Part shown: positions 41,059-50,179 of the stretch, piece by piece | Layout: each line of letters begins with the position of its first letter | Numbering within the stretch: the stretch's first letter is position 1 | NCBI GenBank assembly: GCA_032128875.1 | Contig: JAVLKG010000011.1 | Coordinates: forward strand, 1 to 64,000 | Length of the DNA: 64,000 bases | Direction: 5' to 3' | From: Candidatus Melainabacteria bacterium 17Bon1m | GTDB taxonomy: Bacteria > Cyanobacteriota > Vampirovibrionia > Obscuribacterales > Obscuribacteraceae | Translations under genes and position numbers: made by a program | The notes under the pieces: generated by a model | Seen by the model: only the letters and a program-made list of their open reading frames with translations | Databases searched by the model: none | What the model was told of the DNA's origin: nothing

Positions 41059-42078
41059 CTAACCCATACCGCAATCTACGGCATACATATCTTGCTGTAA
41101 AGTCCACCATCTCAGGTGACCGCAAGCACCGTCAACTGGATAGAGTATTTTTTCATCTCTAATCCCAACCAAGTTATACAGGACATTTTTTTCGCTATCA
41201 GCGAGTGACTTCTTCCCAAGTTGCTCGTACCAGAGTGCCATATCTCGGTGCATCTTTCGCCTAAGATGTTGATCTGGTCCTAGGCGATCTGCAAGTGTGA
41301 TTGCTCTTAACCGGAGCTTTTCGCTTTTGTTGAAGTCGCTTTTAGTAAATGGATTAACATGTATTTTTCGCTCGCCGATTGCGCTTTTCGGCTCCCTATC
41401 CGTAATGCTGATCGGAATAATGTCCATTGCAAGCAAGTTCAATGCGGTGCATGCAGATTCAATTTCTTGTATGTCGATTTGCGTCTTTGCCTCACAAGTT
41501 TTAACTGCATCATCAATGCGAGTTTTGCATTCCGAAATTCCAGTAGTGTTTTCAGTTTTCTCGTAAATTCGCATGGCGATAAAGCATATTATCAACTTCG
41601 AGTACTTGTCTGTCATCGCATCTAGTTGCGACACTGCTAGATCGATTGCGGAATTTGCCAAAGCTCTATTTTGCTTCTTCTCTTCAGTGTTCGTTTTATG
41701 CGGCTCTGGCTTATTGTCTTTGAAAACAAAGAAAAATTTTCCTGTAAAAACATCTTGCGCCCAGCCATCAAGGGTGTTTCTGAATCTTCTGGGAATTTGG
41801 AAGGCTTTCGTTTGGTTCGCTAGTTCAGAAAATCTCGCTTCAAGATCTTTCTTATCGCATCCAGCCAAATAGTCTCTTGCAAGTGTCAGTAGAAAGAATG
41901 CTCTTATTTCAGGAGACAGATGTGAATTGTTGGCGATTTTTTGTCCGATGAGAGAATGTGACTCTGATTTGTTCTCGTTCGCTGCACTGACAGGTAGGAG
42001 TGCATTAAGTAGGCTGCTTGCAAAGACAATTGCTAGTAACGCCTTTTTCTGCCGTTCGTTTTTGCTGGGTGTTTTCAA
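41059..42078 (-). CDS. Exported helical protein with CGMG C-terminus, paralog A (candidate MNIO substrate)
   Basis: Signal peptide ending VSA-A; ends CGHLRWWTLQQDMYAVDCGMG-stop. Confidence 0.8.
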   Translation of the reverse strand: MKTPSKNERQKKALLAIVFASSLLNALLPVSAANENKSESHSLIGQKIANNSHLSPEIRAFFLLTLARDYLAGCDKKDLEARFSELANQTKAFQIPRRFRNTLDGWAQDVFTGKFFFVFKDNKPEPHKTNTEEKKQNRALANSAIDLAVSQLDAMTDKYSKLIICFIAMRIYEKTENTTGISECKTRIDDAVKTCEAKTQIDIQEIESACTALNLLAMDIIPISITDREPKSAIGERKIHVNPFTKSDFNKSEKLRLRAITLADRLGPDQHLRRKMHRDMALWYEQLGKKSLADSEKNVLYNLVGIRDEKILYPVDGACGHLRWWTLQQDMYAVDCGMG

Positions 42079-42155
42079 AGTCTAAAACCTAATCACACTT
42101 TGTCCGTTTGATTTTGGAGTCGCAGCGAAGCAGAGATACTTCCCTTCATTCTATG

Positions 42156-43190
42156 CTAACCCATGCCGCAGCCACCCCGAATCCGGAGTTCCTTGGTTTC
42201 CCACCACACAATATGTCCGCATCCTGCTTGCCGAGGATATAAAAGGCTGTCGCTTTTGTCACCAACCAGTTGAAAAAGTAGTTGTTTCTGCTGCTCAGAC
42301 TTTTCCTTTTTGCCAAGTTCTCTGTACCAGAGTGTCAAATTCCTGTGCGCCATCCTTCGTGCATGATCAATCGCGGGCAACTTATCGAGAATTGCTGCTG
42401 CCCTTAATCTTAGGCTTTCGCTCTCAAGAAAATTTCTTTCGGAGTATGATTCTAATGGCTTGGTTTTACCTCCCCATGGATAACTAGGGTCGGCTATGCG
42501 AAGCGAAATAGACTCGTTTGACATCAAGTTAAGCACCGAGGCTGTTGCTTTCCTTTCCTCTGTGGATGCAGAAGGGTTCTTTTCGCAATCGCTAATTGCG
42601 GTGTTCAACAGTATTTCGCATTTACGCGCTTCGATTGTGTCTCCAAGCTTGGTAAATACTCTCAACGCAATGAAGTGAAGATTCAACTTCGTGAATGATT
42701 TGGAAGCTTTCTCTAGTTGCCTGACAGCAGATTTTGCGGATTTGTCGGCTAATCTCATATTTTCAGCTGACGTTGTCCACACTTTCTTGTTTGACTTTGT
42801 GACTGAATTGGGCGGATACGATGTTCCATTTTCATCAGAATCAATTTGATCTGCCCACGAGACAAATATTCCTTCTCTTTTTTCGACGTTTTCCAGAAAA
42901 GAAAGATTGTCTCTGAGGTTTGCATATCTCGCATTGATTGACTGGGTCTCTGTTCCGATCAAAAAGTCCGTAGCGACTCTCAGCAGATAATAGGCTCTAA
43001 CCTCCGGAGAAAGATCTTGGTTTGTTGACAGTTGTGCAATAACGGAATCTTGTGCTGCAGTAATGTTAGTCGAGTTGGAATTATTGTCCGCAGAAAGAGA
43101 AATTTGCGGAAAGAGAATTCCGCTTGCGAAAGCAATTGCAATCAACGATCTTGTTCTATTATTTTTTTCGTCGGGCTTTATTTTTCTCAT
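42156..43190 (-). CDS. Exported helical protein with CGMG C-terminus, paralog B
   Basis: Signal peptide; ends CGHIVWWETKELRIRGGCGMG-stop. Confidence 0.8.
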   Translation of the reverse strand: MRKIKPDEKNNRTRSLIAIAFASGILFPQISLSADNNSNSTNITAAQDSVIAQLSTNQDLSPEVRAYYLLRVATDFLIGTETQSINARYANLRDNLSFLENVEKREGIFVSWADQIDSDENGTSYPPNSVTKSNKKVWTTSAENMRLADKSAKSAVRQLEKASKSFTKLNLHFIALRVFTKLGDTIEARKCEILLNTAISDCEKNPSASTEERKATASVLNLMSNESISLRIADPSYPWGGKTKPLESYSERNFLESESLRLRAAAILDKLPAIDHARRMAHRNLTLWYRELGKKEKSEQQKQLLFQLVGDKSDSLLYPRQAGCGHIVWWETKELRIRGGCGMG

Positions 43191-43247
43191 TGGTTCTTGA
43201 TTCTCTCAGCCGCGGATTTTAGGCGTATATCTTTGTCCCAATTCGGT

Positions 43248-44285
43248 TTAACCCATGCCACAGCCAATAAGCGCGCCTTTGTAGGATTTGCCTGTTTGCC
43301 ACCAACTAACATGCCCACAACCACCGGGTTTAGCATACAGAATATCTTCGTCTTCAGTGCCAACAAGTTGGAACAAAATTTGTTTTTGCACTTTTGCCAA
43401 TTCTGGTTTGTTCAAGGCTAAATACCAAAGAACCAGGTCTCTATGCGTTTTCCTGCGTTCATGACTGCTCGGCGATAGCCGATCGATTATTGCTGCAGCT
43501 CTTAGCTTGAGACTTTCACTTTCTCTAAAATCGGCCTCGCTGAATGGCTTAACTCTCGGTACTCGCGCCCCGGGAGTAGTCTCAGGAGAGAAATCCGGTA
43601 TTCTGACAGGAATTTTTCTGTTTGCCATCACGTTCAAAATCGTTGAGACTGCCACTGCCTCTCCTCCGATGACGGACGGATTTTTTTCACATGACAGGAT
43701 CGAGTTGTCTAGGTATTTCTTGCATCGCTGAACGCCGCTCTCATTACCGGTTCTTTTAAAGAGATTTTCTGCGATTAAATACATGTCTAAAATCATTGTT
43801 TTGTTTGAGACTTTTTCTAGTTGCTTCAGAGCCGCCAGAACTGCTGAATCTGCAGCTTTAATTATGGACGGCGAGCTTGTCTGGCGCGCAGATTTGCCTG
43901 CTGTGTAACTCATCCCGTGCTTGTTACCCTCGGTATTTTCGACGACTTGAAGTACCCAATCATCCAGAACTTTGCCTCTCTTGAATAGCAAGTTTCCGTG
44001 CATTGGCTGGATACTTCTGAAGCTGTCATCTACGATCTTTTGATCGTTGTTTGCAAGATATGCTTCAGCCAGGCGAAGCAAATAGTATGCACGAACCTCT
44101 GCGGGCATTTCTGTGCGTTTCGCAATCATTTGTATCGCTGATTCATTCAATTGCGCCGGTTCCGGTGTTTTTTGCAATTTGACAGGTGCATTCCCCTCTG
44201 CAGGAAGTTGGTGCTGAAGAATTCCAGCTGCGAACATGATTGCGAGAAGCGTTTCTCGTTTAGAAGCTCTTCTATTTCTTTGCAT
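43248..44285 (-). CDS. Exported helical protein with CGMG C-terminus, paralog C
   Basis: Signal-like N-terminus; ends CGHVSWWQTGKSYKGALIGCGMG-stop. Confidence 0.8.
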   Translation of the reverse strand: MQRNRRASKRETLLAIMFAAGILQHQLPAEGNAPVKLQKTPEPAQLNESAIQMIAKRTEMPAEVRAYYLLRLAEAYLANNDQKIVDDSFRSIQPMHGNLLFKRGKVLDDWVLQVVENTEGNKHGMSYTAGKSARQTSSPSIIKAADSAVLAALKQLEKVSNKTMILDMYLIAENLFKRTGNESGVQRCKKYLDNSILSCEKNPSVIGGEAVAVSTILNVMANRKIPVRIPDFSPETTPGARVPRVKPFSEADFRESESLKLRAAAIIDRLSPSSHERRKTHRDLVLWYLALNKPELAKVQKQILFQLVGTEDEDILYAKPGGCGHVSWWQTGKSYKGALIGCGMG

Positions 44286-44498
44286 GCAATTAAGTCTCCA
44301 TCGGTACTTCCCGGAAGTGTTTTTACTCTCGCAAAATGCGAGGAGTAAGACATAGGAAACGACAGAAGTTGCTTAGTAACTTTCTTACGGTCAGCCGGCA
44401 GCTTTGCTCTCCGGACGATTTTACGATATTAAAAACCCTACCAGCATTTTCCTACGGCGAACACCGTGAAATTACTATATTTTTGGTAAGTCTTGGCG

Positions 44499-45449
44499 CT
44501 ACCCCATCCCGCACGCTGGGCAGGGCGGTGCTGGGGGAAACAGCGTGTTGCGGTCGGTTGTGTGCATCAGGTCGCTCAAAATCTTCGTAGCAAACTCTTC
44601 TTTCTTCGTATCGCCGTATAAGTGGTACCAAAAGACCATATTCCGATGCGCATCAATTCTTGTCGGATCGGCAGGCGGAAGGCGGTCGTAGGCATTTAGC
44701 GCTCGCAAATGATAGTCTTCTGCGAGTTTGAAATCCTTGTGTTTTATTGTGCCCGGCTTTGTTGGCGAATCGTCCGGGACTACCTGCATTGGTTGCATCA
44801 TACGTGCAGCGCGGAATGCCGGTGAAGGCGCGTACAACTGCGCCATACGGAGCAACATCATTGCTAGTGAAAGATACTCTTCGCGTTTTAAATTGATGTC
44901 AGACTCGAGAAGTTTTAGCTCGCGATCGTAAGCTGCTGTCGTCTCTCGTTCTTCCGCCTCCATTCCTGCCATTCGATAACCTTGAATGGCACGCAAACCA
45001 TAGTAAAGTCTTTCGAGTGATGCGGCTGGATACTTATTGGCATACGGTTGACCATCATGTAAAACCTGTTGGGCTTTTGCTTTCAACTCGCGGCGCAAGC
45101 TGTCTGAGTACGATTTTTCAGCGCTTGCAGTGAGCAAAGCTAGTGCGTAGGTGCTAAACATATTCGGCAACGGATTGTTCTTAGGATTGGCGGTTGCCTT
45201 TTGAGCCACGACTGCTTTGTTAAACGTCTCATCGGCTTCTTTTATCATGCCGTTTCTTGCGTACATGCTGCAAAGATTGGCTAGGCGGATAGGGTATTGC
45301 GCATTGTCTTTTCCCTGCTGCGCGATAAATTCCTCGAACTGTTTTTCGGCAATTTTGACTGCCGCTTTGTCTGCGCGCGCTGGTAAAGAACCAACCATAA
45401 TTCCCAAGGCGACTAATGAAGTGACTACCTTTGAAGATGTGTTTTTCAT
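44499..45449 (-). CDS. Exported TPR-like protein ending CPACGMG, paralog D
   Basis: Signal peptide ending ARA-D; ends LFPPAPPCPACGMG-stop. Confidence 0.85.
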   Translation of the reverse strand: MKNTSSKVVTSLVALGIMVGSLPARADKAAVKIAEKQFEEFIAQQGKDNAQYPIRLANLCSMYARNGMIKEADETFNKAVVAQKATANPKNNPLPNMFSTYALALLTASAEKSYSDSLRRELKAKAQQVLHDGQPYANKYPAASLERLYYGLRAIQGYRMAGMEAEERETTAAYDRELKLLESDINLKREEYLSLAMMLLRMAQLYAPSPAFRAARMMQPMQVVPDDSPTKPGTIKHKDFKLAEDYHLRALNAYDRLPPADPTRIDAHRNMVFWYHLYGDTKKEEFATKILSDLMHTTDRNTLFPPAPPCPACGMG

Positions 45450-45492
45450 TAGACCCTCGAAATATTCAATACACCAGTGTGCTCAAATGTAA

Positions 45493-46473
45493 TTATCCCC
45501 TGCCGCACCCATGGCAAGGATCTTTGGGAGGAAAGAGGACATTCTTATCGGTCGAGTGCAATAACTTACTCAAAATCTGCGTCTGGGCTTTTTCCTGGTC
45601 GGTTTGTTTGAAAAATGCATACCATTTTGCAAGGCGACGGTGTGCCGCTATTCTCCTCTGGTCGCTTTCAGGCAGTTTGTCGTAAAACGTTATTGCTCGT
45701 AGCTCGTATTTTTCTCCGGCTTTGAACTTCGATAGGCGTGTCGACGACGGGCTTAAGAATGGTTCGCTATCGTTAACTACTTCCTTGGTTGCCATTGCGG
45801 TGAAATCTGTATTGGATGGAGATTCACAAAGGAATTGCGACACAGCGATCAAGTTTTTTGCAACTCGTACCGCTTCTTCGTTTGACAATTTTGGAGTACT
45901 TCCAAGTGCGTCGACCAGCGCATCAAATGACCTCAAGACAATGTTCATTTCGCGCTGTTTTCCCAACGATTTATAGAATCCGATTGCGTTGACCATGAAA
46001 CTCAAGCGTTGCGCCGAATTAATCGGAAGTTTGCTTACCAATTTCAGTCCTTCTGCAACAACTTCTTCGGCGTTTTGTAAGTCGGCCCTGTACGCGCTTT
46101 CCAGCCCTGCGTAATTCTGTGATTCAGCGGGCGTCATAAATCTTGCAATCTGTGGTCGGTAGGTAAGACTTGTTGCCCAGTTCATCATTGTGCCCGGCAC
46201 ATCAAAGTTCTTTATCGTCGATCCGATTTCTATTGCCTTGCGATATGTCTCATTAGCCTCCTTTCTTTGACCGTTTGCTTTGTACGCGTTGGCGAGTTTC
46301 ATTAGTTGATAAACATACGAGGGGCTGGCCGTTTGTCCTCGTGATTCAAACGTTTTTACGCTTGCTTCCGCGGTTTGAAGAGCCGCAAGATTGTCTGCGC
46401 GTGCGTAATGACTTGAAAGACCCATGCTGCATAACAGCAATGAGCTGAAGACGAGGCGAGACTTATTTTTCAT
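45493..46473 (-). CDS. Exported TPR-like protein ending CHGCGRG, paralog E
   Basis: Start MKNKSRL at 46473 after AAGGA; signal peptide ending ARA-D; ends LFPPKDPCHGCGRG-stop. Confidence 0.8.
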   Translation of the reverse strand: MKNKSRLVFSSLLLCSMGLSSHYARADNLAALQTAEASVKTFESRGQTASPSYVYQLMKLANAYKANGQRKEANETYRKAIEIGSTIKNFDVPGTMMNWATSLTYRPQIARFMTPAESQNYAGLESAYRADLQNAEEVVAEGLKLVSKLPINSAQRLSFMVNAIGFYKSLGKQREMNIVLRSFDALVDALGSTPKLSNEEAVRVAKNLIAVSQFLCESPSNTDFTAMATKEVVNDSEPFLSPSSTRLSKFKAGEKYELRAITFYDKLPESDQRRIAAHRRLAKWYAFFKQTDQEKAQTQILSKLLHSTDKNVLFPPKDPCHGCGRG

Positions 46474-46675
46474 TCGTATCCTTATTGAGTTCAAACTCAT
46501 TTGTGTTCTGACCATTTCGCCAGACTTGATTTTGCGCGAGTCAATCCGCAATCGATTGGCTCGACTTCGTCCTTTTGCCTGATTTAGCAGACTTTTGGCA
46601 TGATTGCTCCTCATGCCCATTTTTTACGCAGGCTAGAAAAATTGCACTGGGGTTAACCCAAAAGAAAATGTCGGA

Positions 46676-47719
46676 CTAACGCTTGGTCGCTGTGACCTTT
46701 TCTTTGTCCGATGCGGGCAAAGTTTTTTCCGGCTTGGTCCAATATTGGTCGCGGTGCTTCGCGTAGTATTCGATGGTTTTGGCGATGCCTTCTTCCAAGC
46801 CGGTACGAGGACGCCAGCCTGTGAAGCGTTCGATTTTGGAGATATCCGAATAAAAATCGCCCGGTTCTTGAGCTTTTCTTTCCGGCGAAAACTCGGCAAA
46901 CTGCCAACGACCCGACTTCGCCACTTTTACGATGGCGTCGCACAATTCTCTGAAGCTGACCGGGATGTCAGAGCCGACGTTGAAGATTTCTCCATAGCAT
47001 TCAGGGGTGGTGGCGACGCGCAAGATTGCATCGACGCAATCATCCACGTAGCAGAAATCGCGCAGAATGCTGCCGTCTCCGAACACCTGAATTGTGTCGT
47101 CGTCCATCGCCAGGCGGATGAACCAGTTGGCGACGCCGAAGCGCGAGTGCATCATTTGCGAACGCGGTCCGTAAATATTGCTCAAGCGCAATGAGCAAGA
47201 ACGAATGCCGTGCACATCGTTGTATACCTTGATGATTTTTTCGGCGGTGAGATTGGAAATCTCGTAAATGCCCTTTGGATTTGTCGGCGCTTCTTCGTTG
47301 ACCGGCATCGAAACAACCGAGCCATACTGTCCGCGTGTACCTGTGTAAACAACTATCGCGTCCGGATTATGTTTGCGCAGCGCCTCCATAACAATGGCGG
47401 TGCCGGTGATATTCATCTCAATATCCGGAAACGGATTGGAAAGGCTCATCAGGTGGCAAACCTGACCAGCAAGGTGGAAAACATAGTCCTGACCGCGCAC
47501 CAGCCAATCGACGGCTGAGGGGTCTCTGATGTCGCAAAAGTTGATGCGGATTTTTTCAGATTCGGTGACGTTGAAGACGTTGCCGCCGTAATCCGGGATC
47601 ATGGCGTCCAGAATAGTCACCTTCGCGCCCAGCTCTGCCAGCTTTATAGCCAGATTCGAACCGATGAAGCCCATGCCACCAGTTATGAGAGCTGTCTTAC
47701 CTTTGAATTGTTCGATCAT
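46676..47719 (-). CDS. NAD-dependent sugar-nucleotide epimerase/dehydratase
   Basis: TGGMGFIG, FHLAGQ, TGTRGQYG, LRLSNIYGP, RDFCYVDD. Confidence 0.9.
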   Translation of the reverse strand: MIEQFKGKTALITGGMGFIGSNLAIKLAELGAKVTILDAMIPDYGGNVFNVTESEKIRINFCDIRDPSAVDWLVRGQDYVFHLAGQVCHLMSLSNPFPDIEMNITGTAIVMEALRKHNPDAIVVYTGTRGQYGSVVSMPVNEEAPTNPKGIYEISNLTAEKIIKVYNDVHGIRSCSLRLSNIYGPRSQMMHSRFGVANWFIRLAMDDDTIQVFGDGSILRDFCYVDDCVDAILRVATTPECYGEIFNVGSDIPVSFRELCDAIVKVAKSGRWQFAEFSPERKAQEPGDFYSDISKIERFTGWRPRTGLEEGIAKTIEYYAKHRDQYWTKPEKTLPASDKEKVTATKR

Positions 47720-47980
47720 GATCTGCGTCTAACTCTAAATTCGCGCTAACGTTTTGTTGTTCTGGACGCAGGCGTAAATGGTGATCCTGTGCGCGTTTCG
47801 GAAAACGGCGCCCGCTAAATCCAAGGCAATGATTTTACCACGCAAACCGGCGACAATTGGCGGAAATCCCACCGCTCTGTGACTTCTCGTCAGATGTCAA
47901 TTAAGTTGCTCTTAATTCGCTTCTTGACCATTTCTTCTAGTATGTGTGGGCCAGATTCTACAGATCAAAGGAGCGAACCG

Positions 47981-49126
47981 GTGAAAGTCCCATTCGGCGA
48001 CATGAAGCTGCACTACCAGGCTTATAAGAGCCAGATTGACCAGGCGGTCCATCGCGTTCTTGAAAGCGGTCACTATATCTTGGGTAGCGAACTCGAGAAA
48101 TTCGAAGCCAGCTTTGCAAAAGCATTGGGCGCCGGCTATTCCGCTGGTTGCGCATCCGGTACTGAGGCTATCTATCTGGCTCTGGCAGCGGCCGGAGTGA
48201 CTACTGGCGATGAAGTAATCGTTGTCGCACACACCGCCGTGCCTACCATCTCTGCGATTTCGATGACCGGCGCCACGCCTGTTTTCGTCGACATCGACCC
48301 CAAGACTTATGTAATGGACGTGAATCTCGTCGAAGCGAAGATCACCCCGAAGACCAAAGCTCTCGTGCCTGTGCACCTCTACGGTCAAATGGTGGACATG
48401 GAGCCTTTGCTCAAGATTGCTGCAAAACACAAGATCATGCTTCTAGAAGATTGTGCGCAATCGACTCTCGCTACTTATAAAGGTGCGATTGCTGGAACTT
48501 TGGGCGACTACGGTGCCTTTAGTTTTTATCCGAGCAAGAACCTGGGCGCGTTTGGCGACGGCGGTGCTGTTTCGACCAACTCCAGCGAAAACTTCGATAA
48601 GCTCGTAAAGCTGCGTAATTACGGTCAGTCGAAGCGCTACTATCACGACATCATCGGCATCAACAGCCGTCTTGATGAAATGCAAGCTGCAATTCTCGAT
48701 GCTCAACTTCCTTATGTTGAGCAATGGAATGAGCGCCGTCGCGAAATCGCGAAGCGCTACAACGAAGGCCTGGAAGGTGTTGTTGAAACTCCGTATGAGG
48801 CAGAAGGACGCAAACACGTCTATCACCTGTACGTAATCCAGACCGATGATCGCGACGGACTGCAAGCATATTTGCTGGAGAAAGGCATCCAATGTTTGAT
48901 CCACTATCCAAACCCGGCACATCTACAGAAAGCCTATAGCTATCTCGGATACCAACCTGGTTCGCTTCCTGTGACAGAGAAAATCGTCAATCGAATTCTT
49001 TCTCTGCCAATGCACCCCTGCTTAACTGATGAGCAAGTCGATGAAGTCATCGAAGCAATCAAAAGCTATAGCAGCGAGCAAAACTCTTCCAAATCTCCTA
49101 AAGTAACTGCCAACTCGATTTCATAA
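47981..49126 (+). CDS. DegT/DnrJ/EryC1/StrS sugar aminotransferase
   Basis: SGTEA, PVHLYGQ, EDCAQS, SFYPSKNLGAFGDGG, NSRLDEMQAA; GTG start after AAGGAG. Confidence 0.93.
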   Translation: MKVPFGDMKLHYQAYKSQIDQAVHRVLESGHYILGSELEKFEASFAKALGAGYSAGCASGTEAIYLALAAAGVTTGDEVIVVAHTAVPTISAISMTGATPVFVDIDPKTYVMDVNLVEAKITPKTKALVPVHLYGQMVDMEPLLKIAAKHKIMLLEDCAQSTLATYKGAIAGTLGDYGAFSFYPSKNLGAFGDGGAVSTNSSENFDKLVKLRNYGQSKRYYHDIIGINSRLDEMQAAILDAQLPYVEQWNERRREIAKRYNEGLEGVVETPYEAEGRKHVYHLYVIQTDDRDGLQAYLLEKGIQCLIHYPNPAHLQKAYSYLGYQPGSLPVTEKIVNRILSLPMHPCLTDEQVDEVIEAIKSYSSEQNSSKSPKVTANSIS

Positions 49127-49148
49127 ACTGAAGCGGAGCCAAAATCAA

Positions 49149-49898
49149 ATGAGTGACATCAGCGTAAAGCAAAGCTCAAATACAGCAACACTTCCGAGAC
49201 GGATGCAAGCCATTCCGGGATCGGTATCGCTAGTGATACCGGCCTACAATGACGAAACAACCATCGGAAAGTTGATCACCGATGCCGATGCGCTTCTGAA
49301 AGAAGCCTGCTCAGACTATGAAATCATCGTCTGCAACGACGGCAGCCGCGACAATACTCTGGCTGTAGTTCAACAGTGTGCGAAATGGTTTCCCAACGTG
49401 GTAATCATCAACCACCCCGAGAACAAAGGTTTCGGATTCACCATCAGAGAGCTTTATCTAGCAGGTAAGAAAGACCTCGTCTTCTCTTTGCCGGGTGACT
49501 ATCAGTACGCACCGAAAGAGATCTTCGCGATGGCGAAAGGACTCAGAACCCATGATTTCGTGATCGGGCACAGAGTCAACCGCAACGACCCGCCGCGCAG
49601 AAAAATTCAATCGCAGGTGTATAACCTGATGTTGCGCGTCATGTATGGTCACAAGCACAAAGACGTCAACTCAATCAAACTCTTCCGCCGCGAAATCGTC
49701 GACCGCATCACCTTGCTGTCGCACACTCCATTTGTGGATGCAGAACTCTGCATTCGCGCTGAAAGAGCAGGCTACAGAGTCATTGAGATTCCGATCGAAC
49801 ACCTGCCGCGTTTGTCGGTTGGCGCTTCGGGCGGAAAGTTCTCCGTCATCTGGGAGACTTTCTCTGATTTGTTCAGCATGCGCAGAACATTCCGTTAA
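49149..49898 (+). CDS. GT2 glycosyltransferase (DPM1/ArnC-like)
   Basis: VIPAYND, NDGSRDNT, HPENKGFG, EIPIEHLPR. Confidence 0.88.
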   Translation: MSDISVKQSSNTATLPRRMQAIPGSVSLVIPAYNDETTIGKLITDADALLKEACSDYEIIVCNDGSRDNTLAVVQQCAKWFPNVVIINHPENKGFGFTIRELYLAGKKDLVFSLPGDYQYAPKEIFAMAKGLRTHDFVIGHRVNRNDPPRRKIQSQVYNLMLRVMYGHKHKDVNSIKLFRREIVDRITLLSHTPFVDAELCIRAERAGYRVIEIPIEHLPRLSVGASGGKFSVIWETFSDLFSMRRTFR

Positions 49899-49934
49899 TT
49901 GTAAGGACGACGCCATGCGTCGACCGGTTTTATT

Positions 49935-50179
49935 GTGGGGGCGCGTTGCACGCGCCCTTTTTTTCTGTCTTCGTGGGGGCGCGTTGCACGCGCCCTTTTT
50001 TTTGTTTCGTGGGGGCGCGTTGCACGCGCCCTTTTTTTCTGTCTTTCGTGGGGGCGCGTTGCACGCGCCCTTTTTCTTGTTTCGTGGGGGCGCGTTGCAT
50101 GCGCCCTTTTTTTCTGTCTTTCGTGGGGGCGCGTTGCACGCGCCCTTTTTCTTGTTTCGTGGGGGCACGTTGAGCGCCC
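49935..50179 (+). repeat. Tandem array of seven REP-like palindromes
   Basis: GTGGGGGCGCGTTGCACGCGCCC starting at 49935, 49973, 50009, 50048, 50084, 50123 and 50159 (last degenerate), joined by T-rich linkers; spacing alternates 38-39 and 36 bp. Confidence 0.9.

Noticed and set aside
49935-50179. CRISPR array
   Set aside because: Linkers are only 13-16 nt, T-rich and repeated rather than unique spacers; no cas genes in the window.
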